Origin: a virus
DNA length: 64,000 nt
IMG/VR virus record: IMGVR_UViG_3300032132_000211
Location: 3,999-67,998 of that record
Strand: one strand, 5' to 3'
Both the position numbers and the translations under genes were made by a program. Shown piece after piece: positions 20,101 to 30,719 of the stretch. Numbering within the stretch: position 1 is the stretch's first letter; the number at the start of each line of letters is the position of its first letter. The notes beneath the pieces were generated by a model that saw only the letters and a program-made list of their open reading frames with translations, was not told the DNA's origin and ran no database searches.

Positions 20101-22365
20101 AACAGGTACTGGCTTGCCTTCGATAGCGTACTTGTCAAATGACACAACGTCTGACCCGTCTTCAAACTCTTCTGTTGCTGTAACTCCTAGCCAGCCTCTG
20201 TATATTCCCCTTTCTACAAACTCATCGTCAAAGATAACCGACCTGTACTGCGAGGCTAAGAGCGGCCCGCCGATGGCGTAGTCCGCAAACGAGTTAAGCC
20301 AGTCTGGGTCGGTAGTCGTGTCACCAAAGGACTTGCCCGCGCTAGGCGCTAAAGTCCTGCGTGCTTTACCGAAGAACAATGGCACAACAGCCTCTGGGTT
20401 ATCAGGGCTTAACAGTATGTCATTATCGAAAGAGTCATCTCTTGCTAAGTCACTTACAATAACGGTAGGAATCTCTGTGTCGAGAACGTCCATGTTAGGG
20501 TTGATAGCCGTGACCTTAATCGTGTCGCTTGCTTCAACGTCTATGATCTTGCCGTTGAACCTGGTGTACAGCGTTTTGTTGATCGTATCGTAATTCATTA
20601 TTTTGAGATCACAGCCAAACAGATCTTCCAAATCATGATCGTCGGTAAACTCGCTATCGTTATTCGCGAATGAGATAGAAGCCTTCTCAACTCCAACGAC
20701 TCCGAAGTACGCGTCTGGTGCCGTGGTAGCCAGCTTAATTGACTTAGCTACTCCACGCTTGTATAAACGGTTAAGCGAGGAAAACGTGAAGTGCTCCGAA
20801 ACAGGTGATGTGGTGACGCCTTCCGGCATCCCCGAGTCCAGGTCCAATAGGCTCGCAGCAGAAACTGTAGCTCCTGCGTTGATCGCGTCTATCACCTGCT
20901 GCCCGGTTACAACCGAGTTTATAACTGAGGCTTCATCTATATCACCTGACTGAATCTTTGTAACAAGCTCACTGGACGTAACCCCGTCCATCAGGTAAAT
21001 GTCGTCTGATGTGGAGTAGCGATGTATGTCGAGAGGTTTGCTTATCTCTACTAACGTGTGCGACGAGTACCGTTCTTTAGGAGTAGGTGTAGCCGAGTCA
21101 GTTGCTGTTCCCACTGCTTGCTGGAATTGAAGCAACATTAAGTTGCGGTGTTCCATAGCCGACTTGTGAGTGTCGAGAGCACTTGGTGCTAGTATCTGGT
21201 CGAAACCGTTCCGTACTAGCATCTCGTCCGTGGAAGAATCAACTGTTGCTTTGTGTACGTGGAAACTCACAGCCTGTTGCCCAGAAATAGGTAGCAGTTC
21301 GTTAGACGAGGCTAATAGCCGAGCGGTAGAGAAGTTCATCAGATCATCTCTGGTCACTGTGTCGAAGTCAGTAGAGGAGCCTGTTATACCTAGTCCTCTG
21401 TAGCGCATTGTAACGTGTCCGTAATGCGTAGCGTGACTAGGGCCTGATCGCATAGAGCCTAGAACCATGTAAGTCAAGCCAGCAAATGTTTGGTGCGTTG
21501 TCCTAAGAACGTTCGTGGTAACGCCAGCCGTGTTCTCTGTACCCGTGTATATGGTTCGGTCTTTAAACTGATTTATAGCAGAGACTACGAAAGGATTCCC
21601 ACTAAGAGGGATCAAAGCACAGCGAAGCCTACGGAAGTTTGCTTCGTCTCCTCCTCCTGAAAAGCTTTGCGTTGAAAACACCAAGTGATGCTCTCCTTTA
21701 GCCAGCTGCATTCTCTCAGCAGAGGCAACGCCCACCCAGCAGTCGCTAGAACTTTTACGGTGCGTGGTGTCAAGCAGGGTAGTCTCGGTGTTGTTCTCTT
21801 GGTCAAAGTATACTTTAAGCCCCACATGTTCGTCAGCTGATCCTGGGTTTGGCTGTACCTCTCCGTAAGTCAGCACCAATGCGTCAGTAGTCTTTGGGTG
21901 GAATATATGCTGCATCAAGATTTTATTTAATCTTGTTTCAGTTCCTATGATCTCTGTGGTCGGGTCTGCGCCTTGCTCCACTATCTCCCACTCTTCAACG
22001 CCAAAAACAGCTAGCCTTGTGTTCTCAAACATCTGGTTAGTTGTATAAGAAGATTTTCCTCTCAGTACTATGGTATGTGACGCGATGGATAACTCACCAA
22101 ACCAAATCATCGAAGCAACGCCGCTTGTTGTATTAAGCTCACAGACAGTAGTGCCGTCAACAGTTACCGCCCAATCTCCAACATTTGAGGGCCAGCACTG
22201 GTCTGGGTCTGCTAGGGACGTGTCTTCTTGTTGCCCATACGCTGTAGCCACGAACTTAGTTAAAGCCGTGGGCGTAAACGTGATGGACTCTAGATCTTGC
22301 CAGCTGGAGGTTACGGTCGTACCAGCTGACGCCCTAGAGAAAAATACTTCTGAATCTGCCGCCAT
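17140..22365 (-). CDS. large tail tip/hub protein with LamG-like domains
   Basis: Follows tape measure; VVPLFFG; LamG-like WKFNGDINDS, LYLNGQL, DLVIGG..FKGLI; C-terminal tail-tip pattern (LKYGNLVEISIP). Confidence 0.75.
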   Translation of the reverse strand: MAADSEVFFSRASAGTTVTSSWQDLESITFTPTALTKFVATAYGQQEDTSLADPDQCWPSNVGDWAVTVDGTTVCELNTTSGVASMIWFGELSIASHTIVLRGKSSYTTNQMFENTRLAVFGVEEWEIVEQGADPTTEIIGTETRLNKILMQHIFHPKTTDALVLTYGEVQPNPGSADEHVGLKVYFDQENNTETTLLDTTHRKSSSDCWVGVASAERMQLAKGEHHLVFSTQSFSGGGDEANFRRLRCALIPLSGNPFVVSAINQFKDRTIYTGTENTAGVTTNVLRTTHQTFAGLTYMVLGSMRSGPSHATHYGHVTMRYRGLGITGSSTDFDTVTRDDLMNFSTARLLASSNELLPISGQQAVSFHVHKATVDSSTDEMLVRNGFDQILAPSALDTHKSAMEHRNLMLLQFQQAVGTATDSATPTPKERYSSHTLVEISKPLDIHRYSTSDDIYLMDGVTSSELVTKIQSGDIDEASVINSVVTGQQVIDAINAGATVSAASLLDLDSGMPEGVTTSPVSEHFTFSSLNRLYKRGVAKSIKLATTAPDAYFGVVGVEKASISFANNDSEFTDDHDLEDLFGCDLKIMNYDTINKTLYTRFNGKIIDVEASDTIKVTAINPNMDVLDTEIPTVIVSDLARDDSFDNDILLSPDNPEAVVPLFFGKARRTLAPSAGKSFGDTTTDPDWLNSFADYAIGGPLLASQYRSVIFDDEFVERGIYRGWLGVTATEEFEDGSDVVSFDKYAIEGKPVPVVRFASFIITTSVRTGPLALPHPVADHGVDVGLATPYNLYPAFTPVSKFLSAIGYVEGRDWQTHPNNSDGITFLPALTSGIDGATQPSVFAAGVTTGTFSRQAGTSANKLAGSGFTDTFTGATTTAQFTQVTAVVGVSQTLVDISDATIGYMDFTEGDHYTVASTNRHRSLEDKINWSPIKDKRGEWKFNGDINDSVATNHLTGDDSQPTYNSAKTALEAFGTAGLGTVSILHAGITPTTQLDFSPTEDFRLTAYVSQNGAGELEGTVARRSTGTTDGFILDIQSEDTFLPAGGDADKYVARARLGDVGLGSYDTLYSASITTGIQLNDGNIHKIDLLVKRDFASADRDYSRLMVDDIMQDSELASLLSNQRYELDGAGDLVIGGSAASTGDFKGLIHNVVLAEDGEGDPEEGVDYSIDWTYIRDSYEAIWEYNNVVASNPVPVGSNIFPIGYDMKVAGCDTVPTAITSTVPLMGSTTMSWVQGPGDSGYAVRFNFSNPESAWNLGTSGLDETTFLGGVPGDKNGRVEFDDVPALMTHEGDFTVYFYGVWRGDVAEDSIAVAKETSTNSKPSYALGMAGGKAFGSVRVNGSMVDIGTAASGAESLTPADSKVPVYMQLERAGATLNLYLNGQLEATRACGKSLSSDFDSSDLVVASNAIYSQRWVGDISFFGILDYAGGLEFAKMQLDLMSRGIKGGFCQELQGENSDFEKNTTIHVPFIEGTGTSIKNRNLHRNYVQTIKRVLSDPITGAGERVDGLNFDLSTVILDDLELKCDFAQATPRKLSDILNDLGMVRGMTVKKTATGKWKILVDDSNTVVAAKFGQGDGVFNNIVNVKSLKHRSSDEAVKDVRIEYRQFHDTEGNLNYHSFVERNVLPYGASKKVYQNPYILDHKTADKVADYLGKKLRVASKVLNITVGQEGMPLKYGNLVEISIPRLNITSEIFQVAEVSSDGITVQLTLNGYSAQIFDYDPGPLPGDENIIASTGR

Positions 22366-22368
22366 AAT

Positions 22369-25300
22369 TTATCTTGACGAGCCACGGACTTTCCTGATCT
22401 CTGTTCCCAGAGAGCCGGTCCTTACGGCCCTTATTAGCTCCTGTATAACTTCTTCGCTCAATTCGTTCGAGTCTAGTGCATCTGTGCCGTCGATGTAGAT
22501 GTTTATCTCCTCGATCAGCCCCCCAAATGCTCCACCCTCTGCTGAGTCTTGGCCTACTTCACTCAGCATTATGCGGTCCACGATGAGATTTTCAACCCTT
22601 AGATCTATTTTATCAGATAGGAGCTGTGTAATCAAGGCGTTTATGTTACCCAGTGAAGCTACTAGTACCGCGAACGCATCGCCGCCCGTTGTGAGGTTTC
22701 CATTCGCATCGTACGTCAACGACTCATTGTCATCGCTAGATCCGGTGCTGCCGTCATCTTCTTCCTCCTCATCAGGCGCTGTGTTCTCAGCGATCTCTTT
22801 CAAGATATCAAGCTGCGACTGGAGAACATCTAATTCAGTTAAACCTTCGTTGGCTGCGATGCCGACTTCGTCAAGAATGGCAAGTAATTGCTGTTGTAAT
22901 CTTTGGAACCCAGCAGAGCCTGTTTGCAGCCCAGCTATTCCTGCACCGCCGCCTTGCTGGGCAATTCCGAATATACTTGAAATCAAGTTTATGATCTCAC
23001 TGGCTGAACCCTGCCTGCTAGCCACATCTCCTCCACCTCTGAATATATCCAGCTGCTCTCCAAGACTGCCTTGAGCAGAGGCCAGCTGCGCGTTGATGTT
23101 CTGGCTGGAGCCAGAGCCGAACAGTATGTTGTTCCTGGCGCTGTTAACAGAGTCAAGTATGCTCTGCCAGCCCTGTAGCAGCGACAATTGATCCGCTATC
23201 AGCTGTGACTGCTTATCAAGTGTTCCGCGATATGCATCCAGTAGATCATTATCACCGAAGATCTGCGCTATCAAGTCCAGGATCGGTCCAAGTAACTCAG
23301 CAGCGCCTTCAATCCCAGCCAGTGCTTCGGGGAGGAAATCTTGGATAAACTGTAAGATGTCATCCTGTGAAGCATCTCCGCTCAGTAGCTCTCCTATCTT
23401 ATCGAAGAACGGTGCCAGCGTGGCGATGAACAGTTGGTTTGTGAGCGTCTCGACGAATGCATCAATGATGCTGTCACCGATTCCTCTTTTAAATGTTAAT
23501 TTAAACTTCTCTACAGCAGCCGCCGTATCCCCGGAGGTCAAAGCTTCTATGATTGATGTCTTGAATGCATTAGCTAACTGGTTGAATACGTTCAGGCTTG
23601 CTGTGACAAGACGTGTAAACTTGTCTACATCCAATTCGCCTGCCTCGTTTAAAGCAGCTTCAAATAGCTCGACAACGTCTATAGCTTTGGGCAGCTCTTC
23701 TTGCAACGAGTCTAAGCTCTGCTCGATTAAAGTTTGTTTTCTATTTTGGCCAATTATGCCTTCTTCTCTGGCTTGGCTAATCAGCGCAAAGGCAGCGATG
23801 AACTCTTCTACGTTAGACACATTCTCGGAGAGGTCGGTCAATGCTTTCCTGATGTTTTTCTTGCCTTCTTTGATAGCATCCTCTGCGCCTGTTATCAGAT
23901 CAGCGAACTCTTCATCGAAGGTAGCGAACACTATCTTCATCACTTCTGGATCAAACAGCTTGTCACTAGCCTTCAGGATACCGTCGTCTTTAAGGTCTTT
24001 GAAACGCTCCTCAAACTGCTCGAAAGAAACACCTGTGAGGTCTTCTAACTCTCGGAAGATCTCATCCCTAGCTGCTACGGCCTCATCTCTAGCGTCAACT
24101 ATATTGTAAATACCAGCTACTCTTTTGGTCCCTACCTTGATTTCATCTGATTCTACGGTCGTGGAACCGACTTGCGTCGAACCACCCTTGGCCCCCTTTC
24201 TGTTGAGGTAGAACGTAAGACCGCTACCAAGCCCACCTGACACGGTGCCATGCATATTCACACCCGCGTTGTTATGCCCTAGGGCGTAGAACACTATCGG
24301 GAATGACTTTTTGGGGTCGCCACCGCTCAAAATGTGTTCGGCTGCTTCATTTAAGACTCCTTGGTCTACCGTTCCTACACTGGGGTCTACCCCTTGTGAA
24401 ATGGCAACCTTTTTTATCTGCTTTAACAGGTATTTCTTGAACTGGTCTTTCAGGTTGTTGTATTCTTCTTGTGCGTCTTGTGTGTCCGCCGTCGAGTCAA
24501 CCAGCGCGGTCCCGGTCAAGAACTCAAGATCGCTGCCTCCTCCTCTAAACGCGTCAGCTGCGCTGGTTGCGTTTGTGAACGGCTCTAGGAAACCTTTCCT
24601 GTCATCAACCTTATCTCCGAAATCCAAGAAGCTCTTGTCTGATATGATTCCGCGCAAGCCTTCAAGCGGTAGACCCAGTGTTGAGCCCAAGGCCAAGAAC
24701 GTGTCTTCAAAGATGCTTCGGAACTGTTGGAAGCTAGGCAGCACGTCCTGTGACATTACATTACGAATAGCCGCGCCGAATTGCTCGAACGTAATCTCAC
24801 CAGAAGCTAGTTGTATGTTTAGCTCTGAAATCTGATCCGTCAGAGGTACGACAATTCCTTCTTGCAAGACAGACTGTGTGAGCGATTGAGTGAACGCGCC
24901 GATTACTTGCTGCTGAATGAACTCATCGAACTTCTTTCCTAGCAGATTGAAGGCTGTGTCTAGGGTGCCTCCTGAAAGTGCTAGCTTAAGTGGCTCCTCA
25001 ACTATAGAGCCAATGCCCCCAGCTGCGGTCTCCAAAGTACCCTGTATGGTTTCTTGCAGCTTCTCCATGTCAACTTCGCCGTCTATTCTAAATTGCCTTA
25101 CTGCTTTAGAAGCAACATCAATTCCTTTCGGGAATTCATTGCTAAAGATTAGCGCCGCACCTCGTATCGCTGACTCCAATGAAGCCATTGTGTCTGCATT
25201 TAGTTTTCCTTTCTTGTCCAAATGCTCAAATGACTCGGCCACTTGCTCTACTGTAGTTGAGAAGTTGCCTGCAACTCCACCCAGACCTTCAAAAAGCCTT

Positions 25301-28300
25301 TCTAAATCAAGGTCTTTCAGAGATAATCCACTTTCAACTAGATCAAGTAGAATCCTGTTAGAGAGTCCGACTGCGGCGTTAAAGCCTCTTTTACCGTCCA
25401 AGCCAGAAGCCACGCCAAAGCCTAACGCAGTTAATGCGTCAGCTAGATCCGCTATGTCTTTTACATTCGATCCCCTGCCACGAAGGCCCTGTTCCAAACG
25501 TTCTTGAGTTCTGTTCAGTCTGTCGTCGTGGACTCCTTGTCTGCCAATATTAGGATCGAACCTTCGCAGATCGTCCTCTAGAGAACTTTCTCTACCTACG
25601 CCGATATCCAAACCAGTCAGGCCAGCCCTTCCGAACTCCTCTTCAATAATCGGGAACGCAGCTTTTGAAATAGTTTTTAAGAAGGAGAATTTCTTTGCGT
25701 TAATGATTTGTATCACAGTGAAGATGATAACAGCTAAAATTGCCACAATAGCTGCCGCGCCTGCTGCTGTACTCGCTGCGCCTGTTTGCCCAATGCCTCC
25801 TGCGCCTACAGAGCCATTCAGAACTGCCGGTGAAGCTAGTCCGCCGCCTAAACCGTAGCCACCTAACGAAGCTCCGTAAGATGCAGCAGAAGTTCCGATA
25901 ACACCACCAGTAGCAGAGTAGGCTGCTGCTGATACGCCAGCCGTTAAACTGCCGCCACCCGCTGTAACAGCCGAGAACTCTGCAAGAGCCATTACCGCCC
26001 CGTAAGCTCTGTAGGCGTCAATTGCTCCTCTTCCCGCCATAGCAGCAGTGCTGTTACCTCCGATCTCATCCCTGATAAGTCCCGCCGTAAATATGCCACC
26101 TGTTCCACCACCTCCGCCAAACAGTCCCCCCAAGCCACTGAAGATTCCGCCTCCGCCGCCTCCAGATCCAAAGCTCGCAAGAGTACTTAGAACATTGCCT
26201 CCACCACCACTGGCTCCGTCGCCTGATATAGCTGAGAAGACTTTAGCGAATGCACCGCCTATGTTTTCAATTACGTTCTCTCCTAGTCCAAAGATATTAT
26301 CTTTAAACTTAATATCAAACTTTAGCTTCTCTTTTATGCTCTCTGCGAATGCGTTTTTAAAGCCGTCTAACAAAGAGTCTTTAACTACGTCTCCGATGTC
26401 CGACAGCTTGCCGCCCTCGAACACAACGTCTGTAATAGCGTCTGCCAGGTCATCTCTAACTGTGTCAGCCATCTGCTGCCAGATCTGCTGCATAGTTGTG
26501 AGTTCTATTATCTCTCTTTGTAGCAGGTTCAGCCTGTGCTCTTGTGTTTGGACAGCTAGCTCCTGTGTTTCCACAGTCTTTGCCGCATTCTGAATTTTCT
26601 TCTGCTCTTCAATTTCTAGCTGCCTGTCCTTCTGCTTTAGCTTATCAACTTCAGCCTTAAGCGCCCTAGCGGCTTTTAACTTCTCTTTCGCAGTTTTGAG
26701 TGCAGCACGAGAAGCCTCCTGTTCTAGCCTCAGACCTGCTACTCGGGCGTCTTCAGTAGTGAGACTGCCGAGCTTAACTTCTAAATCCAGCTCCTCTCTC
26801 TTTTGCGCTATTACCTGCTGCTTCTTTTTTCCTACAGCGTTTATGCGCTCTATTTCAGAGTTGTAGTTAGCTATTCGCTGATTCTCTAAGTCCTCTTCAT
26901 GTCGTGCAATTTCTCTGTCAAAAGCTAGTTGTCGTTTTTGACCTAGCACAGTTCCCGCCAGTCTAGCTTTAGCTCTAGCAGCTTCCTCTTCTGCTGCTTT
27001 TATAATAGCTCTTTGAACCTCTTGGTCCACGACGCTGGGATTTTCCTGCTTTTTCAACTCGGCAAGCCTTTCTTGTGCGAGTTTTATCTCAACTGCCGAG
27101 CCTTTAATAACCAGACGCAAACGTTCTTGCTCATCCGAAAACAGCGCGGCCTTAGCTTCTACACTGTCAAGTTCTTTTGCTAAGTCCCTAAAGTTCGTAG
27201 CAGTATTTTTGGTTATGTCAGCCAGTTCCTTACCGAACGCAACGTTTACTTCCTGAGAGGAGCTGTACGCGTCAAAGCTGAGTTTTTGCCTGTCTATGAT
27301 ATTGGTCATAAACTCGACATCCGTCCCTGCTTCTGCGGCTCTTACCTTTATAGCTTCTAGGGTTGCTATGAATTCCCTCTGTAGCTCTACAGTTGGTGCT
27401 AGCTCTACTTGCAATTCTTTATACTTCTCTCGGTGTCTGTCTATCACTAGAGAAACACCATCACGAAGTTCGTTAGTAGTAGCAAATAGGTCGGGGTTAT
27501 CACTCTCATCAAATTTGTTAGCTGAAAGTGAGGCGCGCAATTGCTTCTCTGCTCGTACTCTCTCGTCTATAGCGGCGGTGTGCGCCGCATGTCCCTGCTT
27601 AGAGGCTATCCGCTCCTTATGCTGCGCCTCCTCCAAAACTGCCAAATCTCCTCTAAGACTTTCTATCTTAATACTGATGCCAGAGAACGTGCGTAGTGCT
27701 TCTTGGTTTTCAGCCTCAATCTGGTCAAAGAATCTGCTGGAAGCATTGCGGAAGTGCGTTTCAATAAGCGTCGGCAACGAAGATATCTGGCCGTCAATTT
27801 TCGCAATCTCCTCTTTTATATCTCTGATTCTTGCTGTTGCTGGATCTTCATAGTCAGCTGCTGCATGGCTCCTAAGCCCTGAGACCCTAGCAGCCTTCGA
27901 GAAGAGCGAAAATATCCCTGCACGGCTTTTAGCTTTGGCCTCTTGCGATACTAACTCGTCTTCTAATTTCTCTTTATTCTTAGCAAACTTCTCTTGAGCC
28001 GTTGCTGCTATGTCGAAAGCATCTCCCAACCCCTTCAACTGAAGCTTCAATCCGTCAGTCGGTTTTATCAGCTTTAACAGAGACTTCTCCATGTAGACGA
28101 GAGCGGCACCTGCTAATGTAACTTTAGTGGCTGTCAGCGCCATGCCCGCCGCCATCGCCGGGAGTCCAGCTCCACCAGCCAGCGAGGCTATGGCCCCAGT
28201 AACAATCAGAAGAACACCCGCCATCTTAGTGAGATCTCCGGTTAGTTTAATTATCCACTCTAAAGCTTCTATTGTCTTCTGCTTAAGGAATTCAAATGCG

Positions 28301-30153
28301 TTACCCACGTTACCAATACTTTCTATCATGTTGCCGGTTTTAGCAACAAATATAGCCATCTGGTCGATGACTTGACCGAAGCCTCTTAGCAGAGATTTGA
28401 AGAACAGCCTAGCGCCATCTGTGTTGAACAAATCTAGCAGCCTTTGCTTTAACCTTTCAAATGTCTTTTCCAGGCCAGTCATCTGCGTTTCCATTGCGAT
28501 GGCCGCAGCGTTTGTGCCTTCGATGTTAAGTTTTAACGACTTATACGCAGCTACGTTTTGAATAAGGGCGTTAGCTGAGTTAGCTGTTCTACGATCTAAT
28601 GCTCTAAACGCAGCGGCCGTTGAGAACCCAGCGTCTTTAAGCGTTTGCAGAATATCGCCAAAGTCATTGAACAGAGGGTTAATGTCATCCATGTTAATGC
28701 TTAACGCTCTTAACTCTGACCTGAATTTATCTGTAGGAGCGAGCAACGCAGCCAGTACCTGCCTGACGCCTGTGCCCTGGGTAGATGCTCGAATACCTTG
28801 GTTAGCCATTGTGCCCAAGGCCGCAGCCAATTCTTCAATTTGCAGTCCTGCTCCAGACGCCGCTGGCGCGGCGAAGTTAAACGCTGTGTTCAAGCCTTCG
28901 ACTGTTAGCTTACTTCTGTTGATCGCAGCTACAAGAACGTTAGAGACATCTGTCGCCTGTTCAGCTGTGAGCTTAAACGCACGCAATGTCGTGGTCAAAA
29001 CCTTTACTGATTCGTCAATAGAAGACAGTGTGCCGATACTCAAAGACACAACGGCGTTTAGAGCCGCCATCCCTTCTGCTGCTTTGAAACCCGCCTGTCC
29101 TAATTGTGTTAACCCTGCTCCAAGCTCGGCGGCTGAGAACGGGGTTCTTACCGCCAAGTTACGTAGTGATACTGCTAGGTTATTTATCTCCTCTGTCGTG
29201 GCAACAGTAATAGCCGCAATGTTATGCAGCTGCTGGTCAAACGCGAATATGTTTTGAAGTGCATCTCGCCCTAATTTAAGAGTTCCGTTCCACAGTTTCC
29301 AAATCGAGTTTACAAGAATAATTCGTCTGGCGAAGTCCCCCAGCTTCAAGTCTAGGCCGGTGACCTTCTGTAGCAGCCCCTGTACGTGCTGCTTAGTCTG
29401 GCCCATAGCGCGGCCCATAGAAGTCGTGTTTGTGGCTGCTCTGGCAGTGGAAGCGCCGGATTTAGTGGAGATCTTCTCCAGCTCATTCATTTTTAATGCA
29501 AATTTACCTGCATCACCTAGAGATGACTTCCAAGCTCGTTGCATTGCTTGAATCGCTGTCGTACCTGTTATGGATGCAAGATTGTTCTTTTCCCAGTTCT
29601 TAGTCATCTTGGTCATCTGCCTGCTAAAGCCTGATAGGTTGGCTTCGCTGTTCTTGACCGCTGTAGACCATTTAACGATGTTCGGGTGGAAGCCCCTAAA
29701 TCTGTCGGCCACATTTTTGAGTCCCTGTCCGAATATGCCCCAGGCTTTACCAGACTTTATTGTCTGCGCTGAAGATTCCTTCATAACCCCTATCTGGGCG
29801 CGTATGCTTTTTATTGTATTCTGCTGGGCTGTAGACAGCGTTTTGAAGTTTTCACCATATTGCTTGGTTACTTTAGCAGCCGCTGCTTGCTTCTTGTTTA
29901 ACGCATCAGTCTCTTCAGCGTTCAGCTTGGTCGTTTTGCTAGCTTCTCGTTCAGCCGTTTTAAGGGCCTGGAAAGCCTTGGTCATCTTGTCGAGCTGTTT
30001 GAAGGATTCGTCGAACTTACGGACCTGCTTATTCAGCTCACCACCCAGTTTCTCCATTGCGGTAGAAACAGTTTTGAGAGCAGCAAGGAGTTCCTTGGCA
30101 TCTGCTGTGATTTTTACTGAGAGGACGCCTAGGTTTTGATTGCCACCGGCCAT
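22369..30153 (-). CDS. tail tape measure protein (TP901-like)
   Basis: 2594 aa, helical Ala/Gly-rich; TPFSAAELGAGLTQLGQAGF, LGTMANQGIRASTQGT. Confidence 0.93.
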   Translation of the reverse strand: MAGGNQNLGVLSVKITADAKELLAALKTVSTAMEKLGGELNKQVRKFDESFKQLDKMTKAFQALKTAEREASKTTKLNAEETDALNKKQAAAAKVTKQYGENFKTLSTAQQNTIKSIRAQIGVMKESSAQTIKSGKAWGIFGQGLKNVADRFRGFHPNIVKWSTAVKNSEANLSGFSRQMTKMTKNWEKNNLASITGTTAIQAMQRAWKSSLGDAGKFALKMNELEKISTKSGASTARAATNTTSMGRAMGQTKQHVQGLLQKVTGLDLKLGDFARRIILVNSIWKLWNGTLKLGRDALQNIFAFDQQLHNIAAITVATTEEINNLAVSLRNLAVRTPFSAAELGAGLTQLGQAGFKAAEGMAALNAVVSLSIGTLSSIDESVKVLTTTLRAFKLTAEQATDVSNVLVAAINRSKLTVEGLNTAFNFAAPAASGAGLQIEELAAALGTMANQGIRASTQGTGVRQVLAALLAPTDKFRSELRALSINMDDINPLFNDFGDILQTLKDAGFSTAAAFRALDRRTANSANALIQNVAAYKSLKLNIEGTNAAAIAMETQMTGLEKTFERLKQRLLDLFNTDGARLFFKSLLRGFGQVIDQMAIFVAKTGNMIESIGNVGNAFEFLKQKTIEALEWIIKLTGDLTKMAGVLLIVTGAIASLAGGAGLPAMAAGMALTATKVTLAGAALVYMEKSLLKLIKPTDGLKLQLKGLGDAFDIAATAQEKFAKNKEKLEDELVSQEAKAKSRAGIFSLFSKAARVSGLRSHAAADYEDPATARIRDIKEEIAKIDGQISSLPTLIETHFRNASSRFFDQIEAENQEALRTFSGISIKIESLRGDLAVLEEAQHKERIASKQGHAAHTAAIDERVRAEKQLRASLSANKFDESDNPDLFATTNELRDGVSLVIDRHREKYKELQVELAPTVELQREFIATLEAIKVRAAEAGTDVEFMTNIIDRQKLSFDAYSSSQEVNVAFGKELADITKNTATNFRDLAKELDSVEAKAALFSDEQERLRLVIKGSAVEIKLAQERLAELKKQENPSVVDQEVQRAIIKAAEEEAARAKARLAGTVLGQKRQLAFDREIARHEEDLENQRIANYNSEIERINAVGKKKQQVIAQKREELDLEVKLGSLTTEDARVAGLRLEQEASRAALKTAKEKLKAARALKAEVDKLKQKDRQLEIEEQKKIQNAAKTVETQELAVQTQEHRLNLLQREIIELTTMQQIWQQMADTVRDDLADAITDVVFEGGKLSDIGDVVKDSLLDGFKNAFAESIKEKLKFDIKFKDNIFGLGENVIENIGGAFAKVFSAISGDGASGGGGNVLSTLASFGSGGGGGGIFSGLGGLFGGGGGTGGIFTAGLIRDEIGGNSTAAMAGRGAIDAYRAYGAVMALAEFSAVTAGGGSLTAGVSAAAYSATGGVIGTSAASYGASLGGYGLGGGLASPAVLNGSVGAGGIGQTGAASTAAGAAAIVAILAVIIFTVIQIINAKKFSFLKTISKAAFPIIEEEFGRAGLTGLDIGVGRESSLEDDLRRFDPNIGRQGVHDDRLNRTQERLEQGLRGRGSNVKDIADLADALTALGFGVASGLDGKRGFNAAVGLSNRILLDLVESGLSLKDLDLERLFEGLGGVAGNFSTTVEQVAESFEHLDKKGKLNADTMASLESAIRGAALIFSNEFPKGIDVASKAVRQFRIDGEVDMEKLQETIQGTLETAAGGIGSIVEEPLKLALSGGTLDTAFNLLGKKFDEFIQQQVIGAFTQSLTQSVLQEGIVVPLTDQISELNIQLASGEITFEQFGAAIRNVMSQDVLPSFQQFRSIFEDTFLALGSTLGLPLEGLRGIISDKSFLDFGDKVDDRKGFLEPFTNATSAADAFRGGGSDLEFLTGTALVDSTADTQDAQEEYNNLKDQFKKYLLKQIKKVAISQGVDPSVGTVDQGVLNEAAEHILSGGDPKKSFPIVFYALGHNNAGVNMHGTVSGGLGSGLTFYLNRKGAKGGSTQVGSTTVESDEIKVGTKRVAGIYNIVDARDEAVAARDEIFRELEDLTGVSFEQFEERFKDLKDDGILKASDKLFDPEVMKIVFATFDEEFADLITGAEDAIKEGKKNIRKALTDLSENVSNVEEFIAAFALISQAREEGIIGQNRKQTLIEQSLDSLQEELPKAIDVVELFEAALNEAGELDVDKFTRLVTASLNVFNQLANAFKTSIIEALTSGDTAAAVEKFKLTFKRGIGDSIIDAFVETLTNQLFIATLAPFFDKIGELLSGDASQDDILQFIQDFLPEALAGIEGAAELLGPILDLIAQIFGDNDLLDAYRGTLDKQSQLIADQLSLLQGWQSILDSVNSARNNILFGSGSSQNINAQLASAQGSLGEQLDIFRGGGDVASRQGSASEIINLISSIFGIAQQGGGAGIAGLQTGSAGFQRLQQQLLAILDEVGIAANEGLTELDVLQSQLDILKEIAENTAPDEEEEDDGSTGSSDDNESLTYDANGNLTTGGDAFAVLVASLGNINALITQLLSDKIDLRVENLIVDRIMLSEVGQDSAEGGAFGGLIEEINIYIDGTDALDSNELSEEVIQELIRAVRTGSLGTEIRKVRGSSR

Positions 30154-30304
30154 TGAATACTCCTAAATAAAGCTACTAATACTGTCGTACAAGTGTTAAC
30201 TTCATTCGGGGGTGTGGAGTGTTTTTATAGTTAATTAGTCACTACCCACAGGAACGGTTAAAAACTCGTTATACCTCATTATATCACAGTTTTTACTGTG
30301 AAGC

Positions 30305-30348
30305 CCATCTAAATATCCCACCCAGAATTAAGTAGGATATTTAGATGG
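30305..30348. terminator. 14-bp inverted repeat between chaperone and tape measure genes
   Basis: CCATCTAAATATCC / GGATATTTAGATGG; no clear U-tract on the minus strand. Confidence 0.45.
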
Positions 30349-30361
30349 TTTTGCTATTCGT

Positions 30362-30719
30362 CTACCTGGACATTGAAGTTTTTCAAGTCCTGTGCGGTAA
30401 ATTTGTCTACAGATGGGACACCAGACTCAGTGCCTGGGGCTTTATTACGAACTGCATCGGTAGCCTCTTTCTCACGCATATAGCGCAGATTGATGGCGTT
30501 CACCATAGCTCTGACTTCTTCACCGGACATACAATCTAAGATAATCTCTAAAGACCACCCATATTCGTTTGCCAGCGTGTCAATCGTTGAGGCTATTGGC
30601 GTGTCTCTGTACCGCTGACCAAGTTCTTCGCTGATTCGATAGCCGCTGCTGTCGTCTGATTTTGCAGATACGGAGCTATCTTCTCCCCTATCAGGTCCAA
30701 TCTGCTTTTCAATAAAGGG
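30362..30719 (-). CDS. -1 frameshift extension of tail assembly chaperone (gpGT-like)
   Basis: Slippery C CCT TTA at 30719-30713 in chaperone frame; -1 frame open to TAG at 30364-30362, encodes LANEYGWSLEII. Confidence 0.8.

Noticed and set aside
17373-30139. Many plus-strand ORFs antisense to tail genes
   Set aside because: Shadow ORFs of long minus-strand genes with no motifs
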